DNA from: Acidobacteriota bacterium
Lineage (GTDB): Bacteria; Acidobacteriota; Vicinamibacteria; Vicinamibacterales; UBA2999
Reading direction: 5' to 3'
DNA length: 64,000 nucleotides
Assembly: GCA_030650395.1 (NCBI GenBank)
Contig: JAUSDY010000076.1
Coordinates: 64,090-128,089, forward strand
Positions 17,960 to 28,808 of this stretch are shown here, piece after piece. Each line of letters begins with the position of its first letter. Position 1 is the first letter of the stretch. The notes below the pieces were generated by a model. It ran no database searches. It had not been told where the DNA came from and saw only the letters and a list, made by a program, of their open reading frames with translations. A program made the translations under genes and the position numbers.

Positions 17960-18731
17960 CCCAGGAGAGCGGCGCCGAGACACGGGCATCGGCGGTCGGC
18001 CTGACCGAGTAGGCGCCGGCCACGGTGCGATCTTTCGCGTTCTGGTTGTAATCGAGGAACACGCCGTGGCGTTCTTCCTTCCACCACTTGCTGGTGGCCA
18101 GCTCCGGCGCGCGCCGCTCGACTTCGCGCGCAAGCGCCAGCGCCGCGCGGCGGACCTCGTCGAACGTCCACCGCCGCTCGATGCGCACGTGGACGTGGAT
18201 GCCCCGGGAACCGGAGGTCTTGGGCCAGCCGGTGAGGCCCAACTCGTCGAGGGTGGCCCGCACGACGTGGGCGACTTTGCGGATCTGCGGCCACTCCACA
18301 CCCGGCACGGGATCGAGATCGACGCGCAGCTCGTCGGGATGATCGAGGTCGTCGGCACGGACCGGATGCGGATGCAGCTCGAGGCAGGCGAGGTTGGCCA
18401 TCCACGCGAGCGCGGCCGCGTCGCGCGGCACCACTTCTTCCGCCGTCCGGCCGGAGGGAAACTTCAGCGTGACGACATCGATCCACGGCGGACGCGACGT
18501 AGGCGCGCGCTTCTGATAAAAACACTCGCTGCCGACGCCGTTGGGGTAGCGCACGAGCACGTTCGGCCGGCCCCCGGCGCCCTGCAGCGCGCCGGCAGCC
18601 ACAGCGAGGTAATAGCGCGCGAGATCGAGCTTGGTGTAACCCGCGTGGGGAAAGAGCACCTTGTCCGGGTTCGAGATCGCCACCTCCCGTCCCGCCACCT
18701 CGAGGACGTGGGGCTCGGCCTTGCTCGCCAT
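17958..18731 (-). pseudogene. ligD: LigD polymerase/primase domain, 3'-truncated
   Basis: The sequence is MASKAEPHVLEVAGREVAISNPDKVLFP...TSGSRGIHVHV...AYSVRPTADARVSAPLSWD. Homology ends at about 17958, and the remaining 31 codons are Arg-rich antisense of the ligase gene. Confidence 0.6.
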
Positions 18732-18783
18732 CGGTCAACTATAGCCAACCGGCGAGGGCGCTTGACACCCGGCGCTGAGTGGT

Positions 18784-18816
18784 GTTATTTTTCTGGCTGT
18801 CTGTTATAAAAATAAC
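18784..18816. promoter_or_regulatory. candidate BlaI-type operator (9-bp inverted repeat)
   Basis: The sequence is GTTATTTTTctggctgtctgttatAAAAATAAC. It is AT-rich and abuts the blaI-like ATG at 18817. Confidence 0.35.
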
Positions 18817-19233
18817 ATGGCAGCGTTTCTTCATACACGTAGTGGTAGTGGTGGTCAGGCTTCTCGCTTGAGCAAGCGCGAGCGGGAGATCATGGATACC
18901 CTCTACCGCCTCGGCCGCGCCACCGCCGGCGACATCCGCGCCGCGCTCAGCGGCGAGCCGAGCGACTCCACCGTCCGCACCCAGCTGCGCGTACTGGAGG
19001 AAAAGGGCCACGTCCGCCACGAAGAGCAGGGCTTGCGCTTTGTCTACCTGCCGACCGTGCCGCGACATGCGGCCCGCCGCTCGGCCCTCAAACATCTCGT
19101 CGACACGTTCTTCGACGGCTCGCACGCCAAGGTGGTGACCACGCTGCTCGGCAGCGATGTGGCGCGGCTCTCGGACGAGGAGCTGGATCGCATCGCCGAC
19201 TTGATTGCGTCGGCTCGTAAAGGTTCCCGATGA
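18817..19233 (+). CDS. BlaI/MecI/CopY-family transcriptional repressor
   Basis: LSKREREIMDTLYRLGRATAGDIRAAL...DSTVRTQLRVLEEKGHVRHEEQGLRFVY is a winged helix of the penicillinase-repressor family. A TTG start about 17 codons downstream is possible. Confidence 0.85.
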   Translation: MAAFLHTRSGSGGQASRLSKREREIMDTLYRLGRATAGDIRAALSGEPSDSTVRTQLRVLEEKGHVRHEEQGLRFVYLPTVPRHAARRSALKHLVDTFFDGSHAKVVTTLLGSDVARLSDEELDRIADLIASARKGSR

Positions 19234-20843
19234 TGGTCTTCGACATCGGCATACGCGCCTCGATCGTCGTGCTGGCCGCGCTTGCGGTCACCGCCGCATT
19301 GCGTCATCGCTCGGCAACATTGCGTCACTGGGTTCTTGCGGCGGGGATTTTCTCCGCGGCCGCCGTCGCGCCCCTGAGCCGGGCGCTGCCCGCCTGGGAC
19401 TTCCCGCAGCTGCCGGCCACCGCCATCGACTCGCCCGCCGCGGCCACGCACTCTTCGGTGGCCGCGATCCGCGAATCCGGTGCGATCTCGCAAAACTCGC
19501 TGCCGAAGCCGGGGTCCTCGGTGCCGTTTGATTTCGGTCTGATTGCCGGCCGCGTTTGGGCCGCGGGCTTCGCCATCAGCGCGCTGATGATGCTCGTGAG
19601 TGGCCGTCGCTTGATCCGCGTGACCTCGCAGGCAACGCCAATGACGGAACCTCGCTGGCTCGAGCTGAATGAGGAGCTGTCGGCGCGCCTCGGCGTGCGC
19701 CATGCGGTCGCAATCCTCGCGACCGACCTCCGAGGAATGGTCGGCACGTGGGGATGGCGCCGGCCATGCGTGCTGCTCCCCGAGCACTACGAGTCCTGGA
19801 CCGACGCGCGCATCCGCATCGTGCTCGGTCACGAGCTCGCTCACATCCGCCGCAACGACTGGGGCATTCAGGTCGCGGCCGAGATCGTCCGCGCCGTGTT
19901 CTGGTTCAGCCCGTTCTTCTGGATCGCCTGCGGGCGCCTGCGCCGTGAAAGCGAGCAGGCGTGCGACGACGCGGTGCTCGAGGCGGGAGTGCCGGCCGCG
20001 GAATACGCTTCGCACTTGTTGGACATCGCGCGCACCTGCCGGCCCGCTGCCGTTGGTGTGGCGGTGCTGTCGATTGCTCGACCGTCAACGCTTGAATGGA
20101 GGATTACGGCCATGTTGAACACCACGCTCGCCCGCAAACGCCCGACCCGGCGCGCAGTCGCCCTGGTCGTCGCAGTCATTCTCGGCGTCGCCTTATCGGC
20201 AGCGAGCTTTCGCGCGAAGGAACAAACCGGGCCCCTGCCGCTCACCGGCGTCGTCTACGACATGACCGGCGCGGTGCTGCCGGAAGTCGCGCTGACGTTG
20301 GAAGACGCGACCGGCGCAAGCAGGACTGACACAACCGACCGCGACGGACGATTCGACCTCGGCGTCACCGCGCCCGGCCGCTACATGCTCTCCTCGAAGC
20401 TGATCGGCTTCGCGACGATTACGCAGGCGGTGACATTGCAGGAGGCGCGGCAATGGGAACAGGCGATCACGCTGCAGGTTGGAACGATTCAGGAAACCAT
20501 TACCGTGACCGATCAGCGGCCGTCAGCCGTGGCTGCGAGTCAGCGCGCGCCGGTCCGCATCGGCGGCAACATCCGGCCGCCGCGGAAAACCGAAGACGTC
20601 AGGCCGATCTATCCCCAGGCGATGCGCGACGCGGGCATGGAAGGTTTCGTGCCTCTTGGGGCTTTGATTGATGTCGAAGGCCGGGTGTCATCCGTTCGTT
20701 TGATCGGCGCGCATGCGCACCCGGAGCTTGCGAAGGCGGCGATCGACGCGGTGCGTCAATGGCGCTTTACCCCGACGCTGCTGAACGGCGATGCCGTCGA
20801 GGTGTTCATGAACGTCACCGTCAGATTCAGCTTGCAGGATTGA
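19230..20843 (+). CDS. BlaR1-like M56 peptidase sensor with C-terminal CarboxypepD_reg and TonB_C domains
   Basis: The start forms an ATGA overlap with blaI. The zinc motif is [11 protein letters not shown]. The middle region has [16 protein letters not shown]...APGRYML. The C-terminus is [17 protein letters not shown]...[12 protein letters not shown] (TonB C-terminal fold). Confidence 0.85.
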   Translation: MMVFDIGIRASIVVLAALAVTAALRHRSATLRHWVLAAGIFSAAAVAPLSRALPAWDFPQLPATAIDSPAAATHSSVAAIRESGAISQNSLPKPGSSVPFDFGLIAGRVWAAGFAISALMMLVSGRRLIRVTSQATPMTEPRWLELNEELSARLGVRHAVAILATDLRGMVGTWGWRRPCVLLPEHYESWTDARIRIVLGHELAHIRRNDWGIQVAAEIVRAVFWFSPFFWIACGRLRRESEQACDDAVLEAGVPAAEYASHLLDIARTCRPAAVGVAVLSIARPSTLEWRITAMLNTTLARKRPTRRAVALVVAVILGVALSAASFRAKEQTGPLPLTGVVYDMTGAVLPEVALTLEDATGASRTDTTDRDGRFDLGVTAPGRYMLSSKLIGFATITQAVTLQEARQWEQAITLQVGTIQETITVTDQRPSAVAASQRAPVRIGGNIRPPRKTEDVRPIYPQAMRDAGMEGFVPLGALIDVEGRVSSVRLIGAHAHPELAKAAIDAVRQWRFTPTLLNGDAVEVFMNVTVRFSLQD

Positions 20844-21648
20844 CGCGCGGGGCCAGTCGATACGTCCCCGGCGCGGGCATGGTCGCGTAGCCTTCGGCCA
20901 CCAGCGCGCGATTGCCGAGGCCCGCTTCCGGCCGTGACAGGCCCGTCACGCGGGCCAGCTCGCCGGGAATCGTCAGGCCTGCTCCCGCAAGAAAGCAGCG
21001 GGCGATCTCGCGCACCGCGGTTGCCCGATTCACGCGCCGCCGCAGCGCGTCGGGAAACCGTCCGACGCCAAGTGTCCAGATGTAGGTGAACTTCGGCTGA
21101 TAGTAGACCTCGCTCGGCACGACGATCATGGCGGCCTGAAGCTCGTCCAACGCTTTCGTGAACGCCGCGCGGTCGGTCACGCCCGATTCCTCACGCAGGT
21201 CCCACGTGCTCATCTCCCACTCTCTCCGAAGGACCATCAGAATCGCCCGGGCGTTCTTGCTCAGGCGCACGGGCTCCTCGGATCGCCGTAGGCCCCAGAC
21301 CGCATGGAAATAGGGAATCATGCGCGGCGCGAGGAACATCGTTTTTCCGCGGGCGAGCTTGGCGTAATAGACCTTGCCACGCCTCACCAGCTCATCCTTC
21401 AGCGTCCACGTCAGGGAGCTCTCAGAATCTTTTTGGACGTTGCGCGGCAGCACCGCGTCGCGACGGCCGCAGACGGCCACATAAAGTGACGGCCCCGGCC
21501 GGCGGGAATCGGTCAGGCAGGCGGCAAAGCCGGCCTGCTCGATGAAACGCTCGGCGTCGAGGGCGGTTTCGACCTGCCGCGTGGCCTCGCGCCGCCAGCG
21601 TTCGTCCCGGTATTCTTCAATTTCCGGTGGTATTTCGGGCTTCTTCAT
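20827..21648 (-). CDS. hypothetical protein (possibly winged-helix/AlkZ-like; unverified)
   Basis: The ORF is taken from [13 protein letters not shown]. The internal ATG is preferred over the track start at 21696. There is no firm motif. Confidence 0.55.
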   Translation of the reverse strand: MKKPEIPPEIEEYRDERWRREATRQVETALDAERFIEQAGFAACLTDSRRPGPSLYVAVCGRRDAVLPRNVQKDSESSLTWTLKDELVRRGKVYYAKLARGKTMFLAPRMIPYFHAVWGLRRSEEPVRLSKNARAILMVLRREWEMSTWDLREESGVTDRAAFTKALDELQAAMIVVPSEVYYQPKFTYIWTLGVGRFPDALRRRVNRATAVREIARCFLAGAGLTIPGELARVTGLSRPEAGLGNRALVAEGYATMPAPGTYRLAPRVNPAS

Positions 21649-21756
21649 GCAATCGTGAATTCGATTCCTTTGACAAAAAGACCGGGGTGACGCCATAGTA
21701 AGCGCGTGTTTGCGTCCGGCCTTGGCCGACCCAAATGGGACCCCCAGCCAAAGCCG

Positions 21757-22653
21757 ATGAACCGTATTAATCTCAATTTCCTCTCATTCGAAAGCCGCAC
21801 CCACAATCCCGCCGTGGCGCCCGTGTTGTTCGGGGTGTTCATCCTGGCCCATTTGGTGGTGTTATTCGCATTCCTGCGCTTCGCCTTCCCGTGGACCTGG
21901 GAACAACAGCTGTCGTCTGGATTCACCGGAATCCTGCTGACCTGCCTGGCGTGTAACCTGGTCTTCTGTTTCGGTGAGTTTTTCTTCCACCGTTACCTGC
22001 TCCACATCGACAGCGTCAAGTGGCTGGGCAAGCTGTGCTACGCCCACCGGGCGCACCACAAACTCACCTCGATCCAATTCGACGACCGACACAGCGCGGT
22101 TCGCAGCACCTATGCGATCCACGACATCGATCACGATGACTCGGCGACGTTCCCGCCGTATGCGCTGCTCCTCTTCTTTGCCTTCTGGACGCCGTTCTTC
22201 GCGGTGATCGCCTTTTCGTTCCCGCAATTCCCGATCCTGATTGGCGGGTACATCGCGCTCGCGATCGCCCACTTTCTCTACGAAACCCTTCACGTGCTCC
22301 ATCACATGCCGTACGAGCAGTGGTGGCAGCGCAAGGTCGATGGTCGCATCTTCGGTAAGGTGTGGCACAAAATGTACGGCTTCCACCAGGCGCACCACGC
22401 CAACTATCACTGCAACATGAACATTGCCGGGTTCTTCGGCCTGCCCCTCGCGGACCTCGTGCTCCGGACCTACAAGCAACCGGAAACGCTACTGCTTGAT
22501 GGCGCGCCGGCCACCAAAGCCGCGGCCCGCGCGTTGACCCCCCAGCCCCGCTGGCCCGTATCCTCGATGGACCGCGCCGTAATCAAACGGCGGGCGCGAA
22601 TGAAAAAAGAAGAAGACATGCGGGCGACGAGACAGGGGCGGCTGGCGAAGTAA
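21757..22653 (+). CDS. fatty-acid hydroxylase / sterol-desaturase superfamily membrane di-iron protein
   Basis: Histidine boxes are HRYLLH, HRAHHK, HVLHHMP and HQAHHANYH, set between TM segments. The start is ATG 21757 (alternative GTG 21706). Confidence 0.75.
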   Translation: MNRINLNFLSFESRTHNPAVAPVLFGVFILAHLVVLFAFLRFAFPWTWEQQLSSGFTGILLTCLACNLVFCFGEFFFHRYLLHIDSVKWLGKLCYAHRAHHKLTSIQFDDRHSAVRSTYAIHDIDHDDSATFPPYALLLFFAFWTPFFAVIAFSFPQFPILIGGYIALAIAHFLYETLHVLHHMPYEQWWQRKVDGRIFGKVWHKMYGFHQAHHANYHCNMNIAGFFGLPLADLVLRTYKQPETLLLDGAPATKAAARALTPQPRWPVSSMDRAVIKRRARMKKEEDMRATRQGRLAK

Positions 22654-22728
22654 CAGCCCCCGGGAGTTGACCCGCCACATCCGCCGGTGGCGCTCCGAAA
22701 CCAGTAAGGGACCCCGTTCGCGCGGCTC

Positions 22729-22757
22729 TTGCCAAACCTTGCGCTTGCTCACATACT
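22729..22757 (+). promoter_or_regulatory. sigma70-like promoter candidate for the 22807 receptor gene
   Basis: TTGCCA, 17-nt spacer, CATACT. It lies about 50 nt upstream of ATG 22807. Confidence 0.3.
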
Positions 22758-22806
22758 CTGGGGCGAATTCCGTTCAGCGGAATCCTGACTTCTTTGAGGA
22801 GAGCAT

Positions 22807-25800
22807 ATGATCATGAACGCTAGGGCGTTACAGCGCTGCCTGGGTGCCTGCCTTGCCCTGTTGGTGGCCACCGCGGTCTGGGCGCAAGCGCCGGTTGGCA
22901 CCATCTCCGGTACGGTCCGCGATCAATCCGATGCCGTGGTGCCGGGCGCCGTCATCACGATTCGGCACCTGGCGACGGGCGCCGAGCGCCACCTGACGTC
23001 TGACACCAACGGCTCGTTTTCGGCCCCGGCGCTGGCCGTCGGCGCCTACGACGTTCGTGCCGAGTTGTCCGGCTTCCGTACGCAACAAACTGAGGTCGCC
23101 GTCGCCACCGGCAGGGTCGCGACCGTCGACATCCGCATGGCAGTCGGCGCGGCCACCGAGGTCGTCAACGTGTCCGCCAACGCCATTCACGTCGAGACGG
23201 AGGCCCACGCCGTCAGCGGTGTGATCACCCGGCAGAAAATCCAGGAGCTGCCGCTCAACGGGCGCAGTTTCCTGCAGCTCGCATTCCTCGAGCCGGGCGT
23301 CACGGCGAGCCCGGGCTCGACGTCGCAGTACAACTCGCTGTTCTCGGTGTCGATCCTGGGTGGCGATTCGAACAAGACCGCGATCACGGTTGACGGCGGC
23401 AACATCCGCAACAGCATCGAAGGCAACACCGGAATGAACTTCTCGCAGGAGGTGGTCGAGGAGTTCCAGCTCTCGTCGGCCAACTACGACCTGTCGACGG
23501 GCATCACCAGCGTGGGCTCGGTGAACATCGTGACGCGCACCGGCAGCAACGACCTGAAGGGATCGACGTACTTCTTCTTCCGCAACAACGACATGGCGGC
23601 CAATCCCGCGTTGCGGCCGGATCCGCTCAACCCCAATCCGGAATTCTCCCGGCGCAATCCTGGCGTCTGGCTCGGCGGGCCGATTCGCAAAGATCGGCTC
23701 TTCTTCTTCGGCAACTACGAGCATACCGATCAGGAAGGCGTCGTGTCGTTCCAGCCCAATCTCGCGTCGGCCAGCGCGCTTGGAGGTGTCTTTCCGAATC
23801 CGTACAGCGGGCACCTGATCAGCACGCGCCTCGACTGGAGAGCGACCGACAACCACACGGCGTTCGTGCGCTACTCGCATGACAAGAACAGCGGGTTCGG
23901 GCCGAGCGGCGCGGCCGCGCTGCCCTCGAACTGGCTGCGCAACGTCAACCGGTCGGAGCAAGCCGTGGTGGGCCTCACGTCGATTTTGACGTCGAAGCTC
24001 CTCAACGACTTCCGTTTCAACTTTACGTATTGGCGGAATCGCAACCTGTTCGCCGACGCGACCACCTGTGGCGACTGCATCGGCCTCGGCGGCCCGCAGA
24101 TCAATATCAACGGCACCAATATCACCGTGGGCAACACGTCGAACGCGACCCAGGGGCGCGATCTCTATCGCTACACGTTCGTCGACACGTTGACGTGGGT
24201 CAAGGGCGAGCATCGTCTCCGCCTGGGCACCGACATCGAGTACTCGCCGGGGACGGGCTTCTGGGGATTCTGCGATCCGGCGTGCAACGTCGGCTTCGCG
24301 CCGGAGTTCATCCGTGGCTTGGCGCCGGCCGCGACGATTGGCGCGTTGTTCCCGACCCTGCCGACCACGATCCGGACCGGCGCCGATCTACTGAACCTGC
24401 CGTTCGCCGGCGGCGTGGTGGGCGTCGGCGACCCCGGGCAGCCGCCGCCGTACAACGTCGACAAGGCGAAGGTGAACAGCCGCATGCGCTTCTACCTGCA
24501 AGACACCTGGCGGGTCCGGCCGCACCTGACGATCAACTACGGTCTGGCGTGGAACTTCGAGAGCACGCTGGTCAATCGCGACCTCGACAAGCCGGCGTAC
24601 CTCGCGCCGCTCTACGGCAGCGATCTTAGTCCGACCAAGAACAACTACAACAACTGGTCGCCGTCATTCGGCTTCGCCTGGACGCTCGACGAGAACAGCA
24701 AGACGGTCGTGCGCGGCGGCGCGGGCCTCTACTGGGAAACCGAGCTGCTGTGGCGGCGGTTGCGCGAGCGCGCCGCGATTGGGCCGGTCGGCAACGGACG
24801 GCTGCAGGTGCCGCACACCGCCTTCACCAACATCTTCCCCGGCATCATCAATCTCGTCACCGGCCAGCCGGTGGCGGTTGGCGCGCCGTTGCCGGCGAGC
24901 GGAGCCGTGACCAACCTGACGGTCGGCCAGTTCATGCAGATCTACAACGCGCAAATCGGCGCGTTGCAGGCGCAGCTCGCGCCGCGGGGCGACGATCTGT
25001 CGGTGCGGAACATTCAGCTCGGCAAGACCGCGACCGACCTCTACCCGCTCGAGTATCCGGTGCAGCACGCCCTCCACATGAGCCTCGGCATCCAGCGCGA
25101 GCTGCCCGGCAACATGGTGCTCGGCGTCGAGCTCGTCCGGCGCCGGTTCGACGACACGCTGCTCGGGTCGCTCGACCTGAACCGGTTCAACCGTTTCGTC
25201 AATGGCGTGCAGACACCGGTCATTCCCCGTTGCCTGACCGCCGCCGATCAAAACAACCCCAACGCGCAATGCTCGGTCGGACCGATCACGTTCTGGACGC
25301 CGGGCGGACGCGAGACCTACAACGGACTGCTCATGAAGCTCGACAAGCGGTTTTCGAACCGCTACCTGTTCGGCATCTCCTACGCGCTGACCAGCCGCAC
25401 GATCATCGACGGCATCAGCAACCTCGATAACTACTTCGCCAACGAGGGCCCGACCGGCGCGCAGCACCTCCTGAACGTGTCGGCGCTGTTCGATCTCCCG
25501 GGCAACATCCAGATTGGCTTCATCTCGGCGATGGCCAGCAAGAGCCCCGTGATGCCGACGATCACCAACGTCGATCTCGACGGCGACGGCACCACCACGA
25601 CCCCGATCCCCGGCGTGGACTACAACTGCTTCAATCGCGGCTGCAGCCAGGAGGATCTCGCGAAGGCGGTGGCGGCGTTCAACCAGCAGTACGGCGGCGG
25701 GCGTGATGCGCGCGGCCAGGTGATTGCACCGCTGGCGCTGCCGGCCAGCTACGAGTTCGGCGACGCCTTCAGCTCGCAGGACGTTCGCGTCACGAAGACG

Positions 25801-25992
25801 TTCACGTTCGGCAGCCGCAAGATCGCCGTGTTTGTGGAAGGGTTCAACGTGTTCAACATCGCCAACCTCGGCGGTTACAGCTTCAATCTCAGCAACACCG
25901 CGACGTTCGGCCAGCCGACCAATCGCGCGTCGCAGGTGTTCGGCTCCGGCGGCCCGCGCGCGTTCCAAATCGGGGGACGGTTTACGTTCTAG
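22807..25992 (+). CDS. TonB-dependent receptor-like protein with CarboxypepD_reg N-domain
   Basis: 1061 aa with a GAGGAG RBS. The signal peptide ends ...AVWAQA and is followed by ISGTVRDQSDAVVPGAVI. The protein ends ...QIGGRFTF (terminal aromatic residue). Confidence 0.85.
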   Translation: MIMNARALQRCLGACLALLVATAVWAQAPVGTISGTVRDQSDAVVPGAVITIRHLATGAERHLTSDTNGSFSAPALAVGAYDVRAELSGFRTQQTEVAVATGRVATVDIRMAVGAATEVVNVSANAIHVETEAHAVSGVITRQKIQELPLNGRSFLQLAFLEPGVTASPGSTSQYNSLFSVSILGGDSNKTAITVDGGNIRNSIEGNTGMNFSQEVVEEFQLSSANYDLSTGITSVGSVNIVTRTGSNDLKGSTYFFFRNNDMAANPALRPDPLNPNPEFSRRNPGVWLGGPIRKDRLFFFGNYEHTDQEGVVSFQPNLASASALGGVFPNPYSGHLISTRLDWRATDNHTAFVRYSHDKNSGFGPSGAAALPSNWLRNVNRSEQAVVGLTSILTSKLLNDFRFNFTYWRNRNLFADATTCGDCIGLGGPQININGTNITVGNTSNATQGRDLYRYTFVDTLTWVKGEHRLRLGTDIEYSPGTGFWGFCDPACNVGFAPEFIRGLAPAATIGALFPTLPTTIRTGADLLNLPFAGGVVGVGDPGQPPPYNVDKAKVNSRMRFYLQDTWRVRPHLTINYGLAWNFESTLVNRDLDKPAYLAPLYGSDLSPTKNNYNNWSPSFGFAWTLDENSKTVVRGGAGLYWETELLWRRLRERAAIGPVGNGRLQVPHTAFTNIFPGIINLVTGQPVAVGAPLPASGAVTNLTVGQFMQIYNAQIGALQAQLAPRGDDLSVRNIQLGKTATDLYPLEYPVQHALHMSLGIQRELPGNMVLGVELVRRRFDDTLLGSLDLNRFNRFVNGVQTPVIPRCLTAADQNNPNAQCSVGPITFWTPGGRETYNGLLMKLDKRFSNRYLFGISYALTSRTIIDGISNLDNYFANEGPTGAQHLLNVSALFDLPGNIQIGFISAMASKSPVMPTITNVDLDGDGTTTTPIPGVDYNCFNRGCSQEDLAKAVAAFNQQYGGGRDARGQVIAPLALPASYEFGDAFSSQDVRVTKTFTFGSRKIAVFVEGFNVFNIANLGGYSFNLSNTATFGQPTNRASQVFGSGGPRAFQIGGRFTF

Positions 25993-25993
25993 T

Positions 25994-26118
25994 AGGAGAT
26001 CAGGAGGTTTTGGAGATCAGGAGAAATACCCTTCTGATCTCCACCCTCCTGCACTTCTGATTGCCCCGCGCAACTTTGGCACCAACCCTTGGCACCCTAG
26101 GCACATTAGGCACCCTAG
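25994..26118. repeat. word-repeat hairpin (GGAGATCAGGAG x2 / CTTCTGATCTCC) followed by GGCACC direct repeats
   Basis: GGAGATCAGGAG occurs at 25995 and 26012, with inverted copies at 26031-26062. GGCACC-type words occur 4 times in 26078-26118. The repeat lies between convergent genes. Confidence 0.55.
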
Positions 26119-28673
26119 TCTTGCCGGAGCGTGTTGGCCGGGTCGAGGCGAGCGGCGCGGCTGGCCGGAATTGCGGCGGCCACCAGGCAGGCCGCGATGA
26201 TGATGAGCAGACTCACGGCGTAGGCGACCGGATCGAGGACGTGAACGATCTCGCCAATGGTGGCGGCGGCCGGTGTGGCCAGCAGCAACGCGGCCAGTCC
26301 GGCGGCTGAACCGCCGCCGATGACGAGGCCGAAGACGACGGGCCGGATCGATTGCGACAGGACCAACCGCGTGACATCGTGCGTGGTCGCACCAAGCGCC
26401 ATGCGGACGCCGATTTCCTTGGTACGCTGCTCGACCAGGTACGACAGCACGCCGAACAGGCCCGACAGCGTCAGCGCCAGGGCCAGCCCGCCGAGCACGA
26501 CCGTCAACCAGAACGCGATCTGCAGGAAGTAGGTTTCCATCCTGGCCATTGTCCGCATGGTCAACACCTGGCCCATGCTGGGATCGATCGTGGTCAATCG
26601 ATTGAGGAGCGTCTGCCGTGCGAGTTCCGGATCGCCATGGACGCGAACGACGAGCGAGGTCTCGGCCATCGCGGCACTCGCCGGCACGTAGACGCCGGCC
26701 TCCTTGACGTCTGCCATTATCCGGAACCCTGCGACGTCCCGGACGACCCCCACCACCGTGAACGTTCGCGATTCGAGCGGCGGCTCCACCTTCGCGCCGG
26801 GCGCTACGGCGGACAAGTCGTCGACACGGCGCGTTTCGGAATCGGGATCGGGGTCGAGGCGCATGACCTGGCCGACCGCATCGCCATTCGGCCACAGGGC
26901 GCGCGCGGTCGTTTCGGAAACGACGGCTATCGAAAGACGCGACGTGCGCTCAGACGGCATGAACGTCCGCCCCCGCACCACCGCGATATCGAGCACGCTG
27001 AAGTAATCCGACGATACGAACTTGTATGCGACCGTTGCCTTTGCGCCGCCGGTTTCCGCAAACGCCGCTCGGGGTGGGGCGGCCATGTCCGGCCACGACG
27101 CGGCCACGGCGGCGACCGACGGGTCGGCCGTCACCGCCTGCACCATCGCGTTGCGGGTCGGCTCGTTCACGATCTCGACGATGACGGTGTCGGAGGTCCG
27201 CATGCCGGGATCGACCGTGGCGGAGGCAAACGCACTTCTCAGGAACACCGCCGCCGAGATCAGCAGCAGCGCCGACGCGCTCACCTGCAGGGCAATCAGG
27301 AAATTCCGCGCCCGTCCTGGCCGCGCGTCCCTGGCCACCTCGCCCCGGATCGTCCTGATCGGTTCGATGCGCGTGGCTTGCAAGGCGGGGGCGAGCCCGA
27401 AAAACACTGTCGAGACGCCGGCGCCAATGATGAGAAACAAGAGCACGCGCCAGTCCGCGTCGGGTACCGCCAATCGGACATCTCCGATATCGGCCGCCAT
27501 GCTGGTCATCACCCCGTAGATGATCGCCTCGAGCGCCACGCGCGAGATCGCGAAGCCGGCCGCGGCGGCCACGAGGGCCAGCAGCAGGCTCTCTGTCAAC
27601 AGCTGGCGGACGATTCGGCGCCGGGTGGCGCCAAGCGACAGCCGGATGCCAATCTCACGCTGTCGCGCCACTGCCCTGGCGAGGAGCAGGTTGGCGACGT
27701 TGGCACAGCCAATCAGCAGGATGAGGCCGAACGCAAAAAACAGGGGCGCGAACAAGAGCATCGCTTCAAGAGGCTGCGGCACGGTACCGCGCCTTGGTAC
27801 CAGCGTGATGTCCGAAGCGCGACGCTCGCCCGGGCGGGCGTTCGACCGGCCGGCATCCCAGACGGTGAGTCCCGCCAATGCCGTCTGCCGCGACATACCC
27901 GGCTTCAGGCGTCCGACGATGTCGAGGCCCACACTCGCTTCGCGGCCCCGATGGATCGGCCGAACCTGACCGAGCATCGAGAGCGGCGCCCAATAGTCCG
28001 GTGGACCGACGGCCAGGCCGCGAAATCCTTCGGGCATCACGCCGACGATCTCGAACGTCACGCCATTGACGAGCAGGCCGCGACCGAGAATGGCCGGGTC
28101 ACGCGCAAACTGCCGGTCCCATCCGTTGTGGCTGAGGACCATCACCGGTTGTCCCGCTTCGTCGTCGGCGGGCGTCAAGGCGCGTCCAATCGCGGCGTTG
28201 ACGCGGACCACCTGGAAGAAGTTGCCCGTGACGAGCGTGCCCGTCATCATGCGGCCGTCTACGCGGCCGTCGATGTCGGGGTTCTCCGCGTAGGCGTCGG
28301 TGAAGACCTGGGTGTCACGACGGAGCGCGTCGAATTGCGCGCGCGTGAAACGCAGGCGCTCGCCGTCGGAGGTTCGCGGCCGCTCCACCGCGAACATTTC
28401 GTCCACGCCGGGTACCTGATCGACGCGAAACAGGAACATGTTGAGCACCGTGAACGCCACGGCGACGAGGCCCAGCCCCAGCGCCACCGTTGACACGATG
28501 GTCAACGACACTAACGGAGCGCGCTGGAAGGTCCGAAACGCGTAGAGGATGTCGCGTACCGTGTTGTCGACGAATGCGGTGCCGCGCGCGTCGCGGCACT
28601 CGTCGGCGGCCAACGGCACGGGACCGAAGCGGGCGAGGGCGCGCGCACGCAGTTTCAGATCACGGACGTTCAT
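26115..28673 (-). CDS. ADOP-type (duplicated FtsX/MacB-like) ABC permease
   Basis: 852 aa with two FtsX-like 4-TM modules, each preceded by a large periplasmic domain. The N-terminal pattern RDILYAFRTFQRAPLVSLTIV is shared with the paralogues at 47646 and 52985. Confidence 0.9.
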   Translation of the reverse strand: MNVRDLKLRARALARFGPVPLAADECRDARGTAFVDNTVRDILYAFRTFQRAPLVSLTIVSTVALGLGLVAVAFTVLNMFLFRVDQVPGVDEMFAVERPRTSDGERLRFTRAQFDALRRDTQVFTDAYAENPDIDGRVDGRMMTGTLVTGNFFQVVRVNAAIGRALTPADDEAGQPVMVLSHNGWDRQFARDPAILGRGLLVNGVTFEIVGVMPEGFRGLAVGPPDYWAPLSMLGQVRPIHRGREASVGLDIVGRLKPGMSRQTALAGLTVWDAGRSNARPGERRASDITLVPRRGTVPQPLEAMLLFAPLFFAFGLILLIGCANVANLLLARAVARQREIGIRLSLGATRRRIVRQLLTESLLLALVAAAAGFAISRVALEAIIYGVMTSMAADIGDVRLAVPDADWRVLLFLIIGAGVSTVFFGLAPALQATRIEPIRTIRGEVARDARPGRARNFLIALQVSASALLLISAAVFLRSAFASATVDPGMRTSDTVIVEIVNEPTRNAMVQAVTADPSVAAVAASWPDMAAPPRAAFAETGGAKATVAYKFVSSDYFSVLDIAVVRGRTFMPSERTSRLSIAVVSETTARALWPNGDAVGQVMRLDPDPDSETRRVDDLSAVAPGAKVEPPLESRTFTVVGVVRDVAGFRIMADVKEAGVYVPASAAMAETSLVVRVHGDPELARQTLLNRLTTIDPSMGQVLTMRTMARMETYFLQIAFWLTVVLGGLALALTLSGLFGVLSYLVEQRTKEIGVRMALGATTHDVTRLVLSQSIRPVVFGLVIGGGSAAGLAALLLATPAAATIGEIVHVLDPVAYAVSLLIIIAACLVAAAIPASRAARLDPANTLRQD

Positions 28674-28679
28674 CGGCGG

Positions 28680-28805
28680 TTATGCCAACTTCATGACGCG
28701 ACCGATCGCGGCCGACATCCGGTCCCACTCACGCGCCTCGATGGCCAGTTGGCGCCGGCCGGAAGTGGTCAGCCGGTAGTACTTGTTGGTGTCGGCTGTC
28801 AACAT
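28680..28805 (-). pseudogene. PadR-family regulator remnant (C-terminal 41 codons; winged-helix part missing)
   Basis: My translation MLTADTNKYYRLTTSGRRQLAIEAREWDRMSAAIGRVMKLA* aligns to the C-terminus of the intact PadR at 47288 (..NNRRARFYAITATGRRRLAAEASSWERTVAMVNRLL). It ends 7 nt before the ADOP start. It begins 3 nt after the propeller gene stop. Confidence 0.6.
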
Positions 28806-28808
28806 CAA

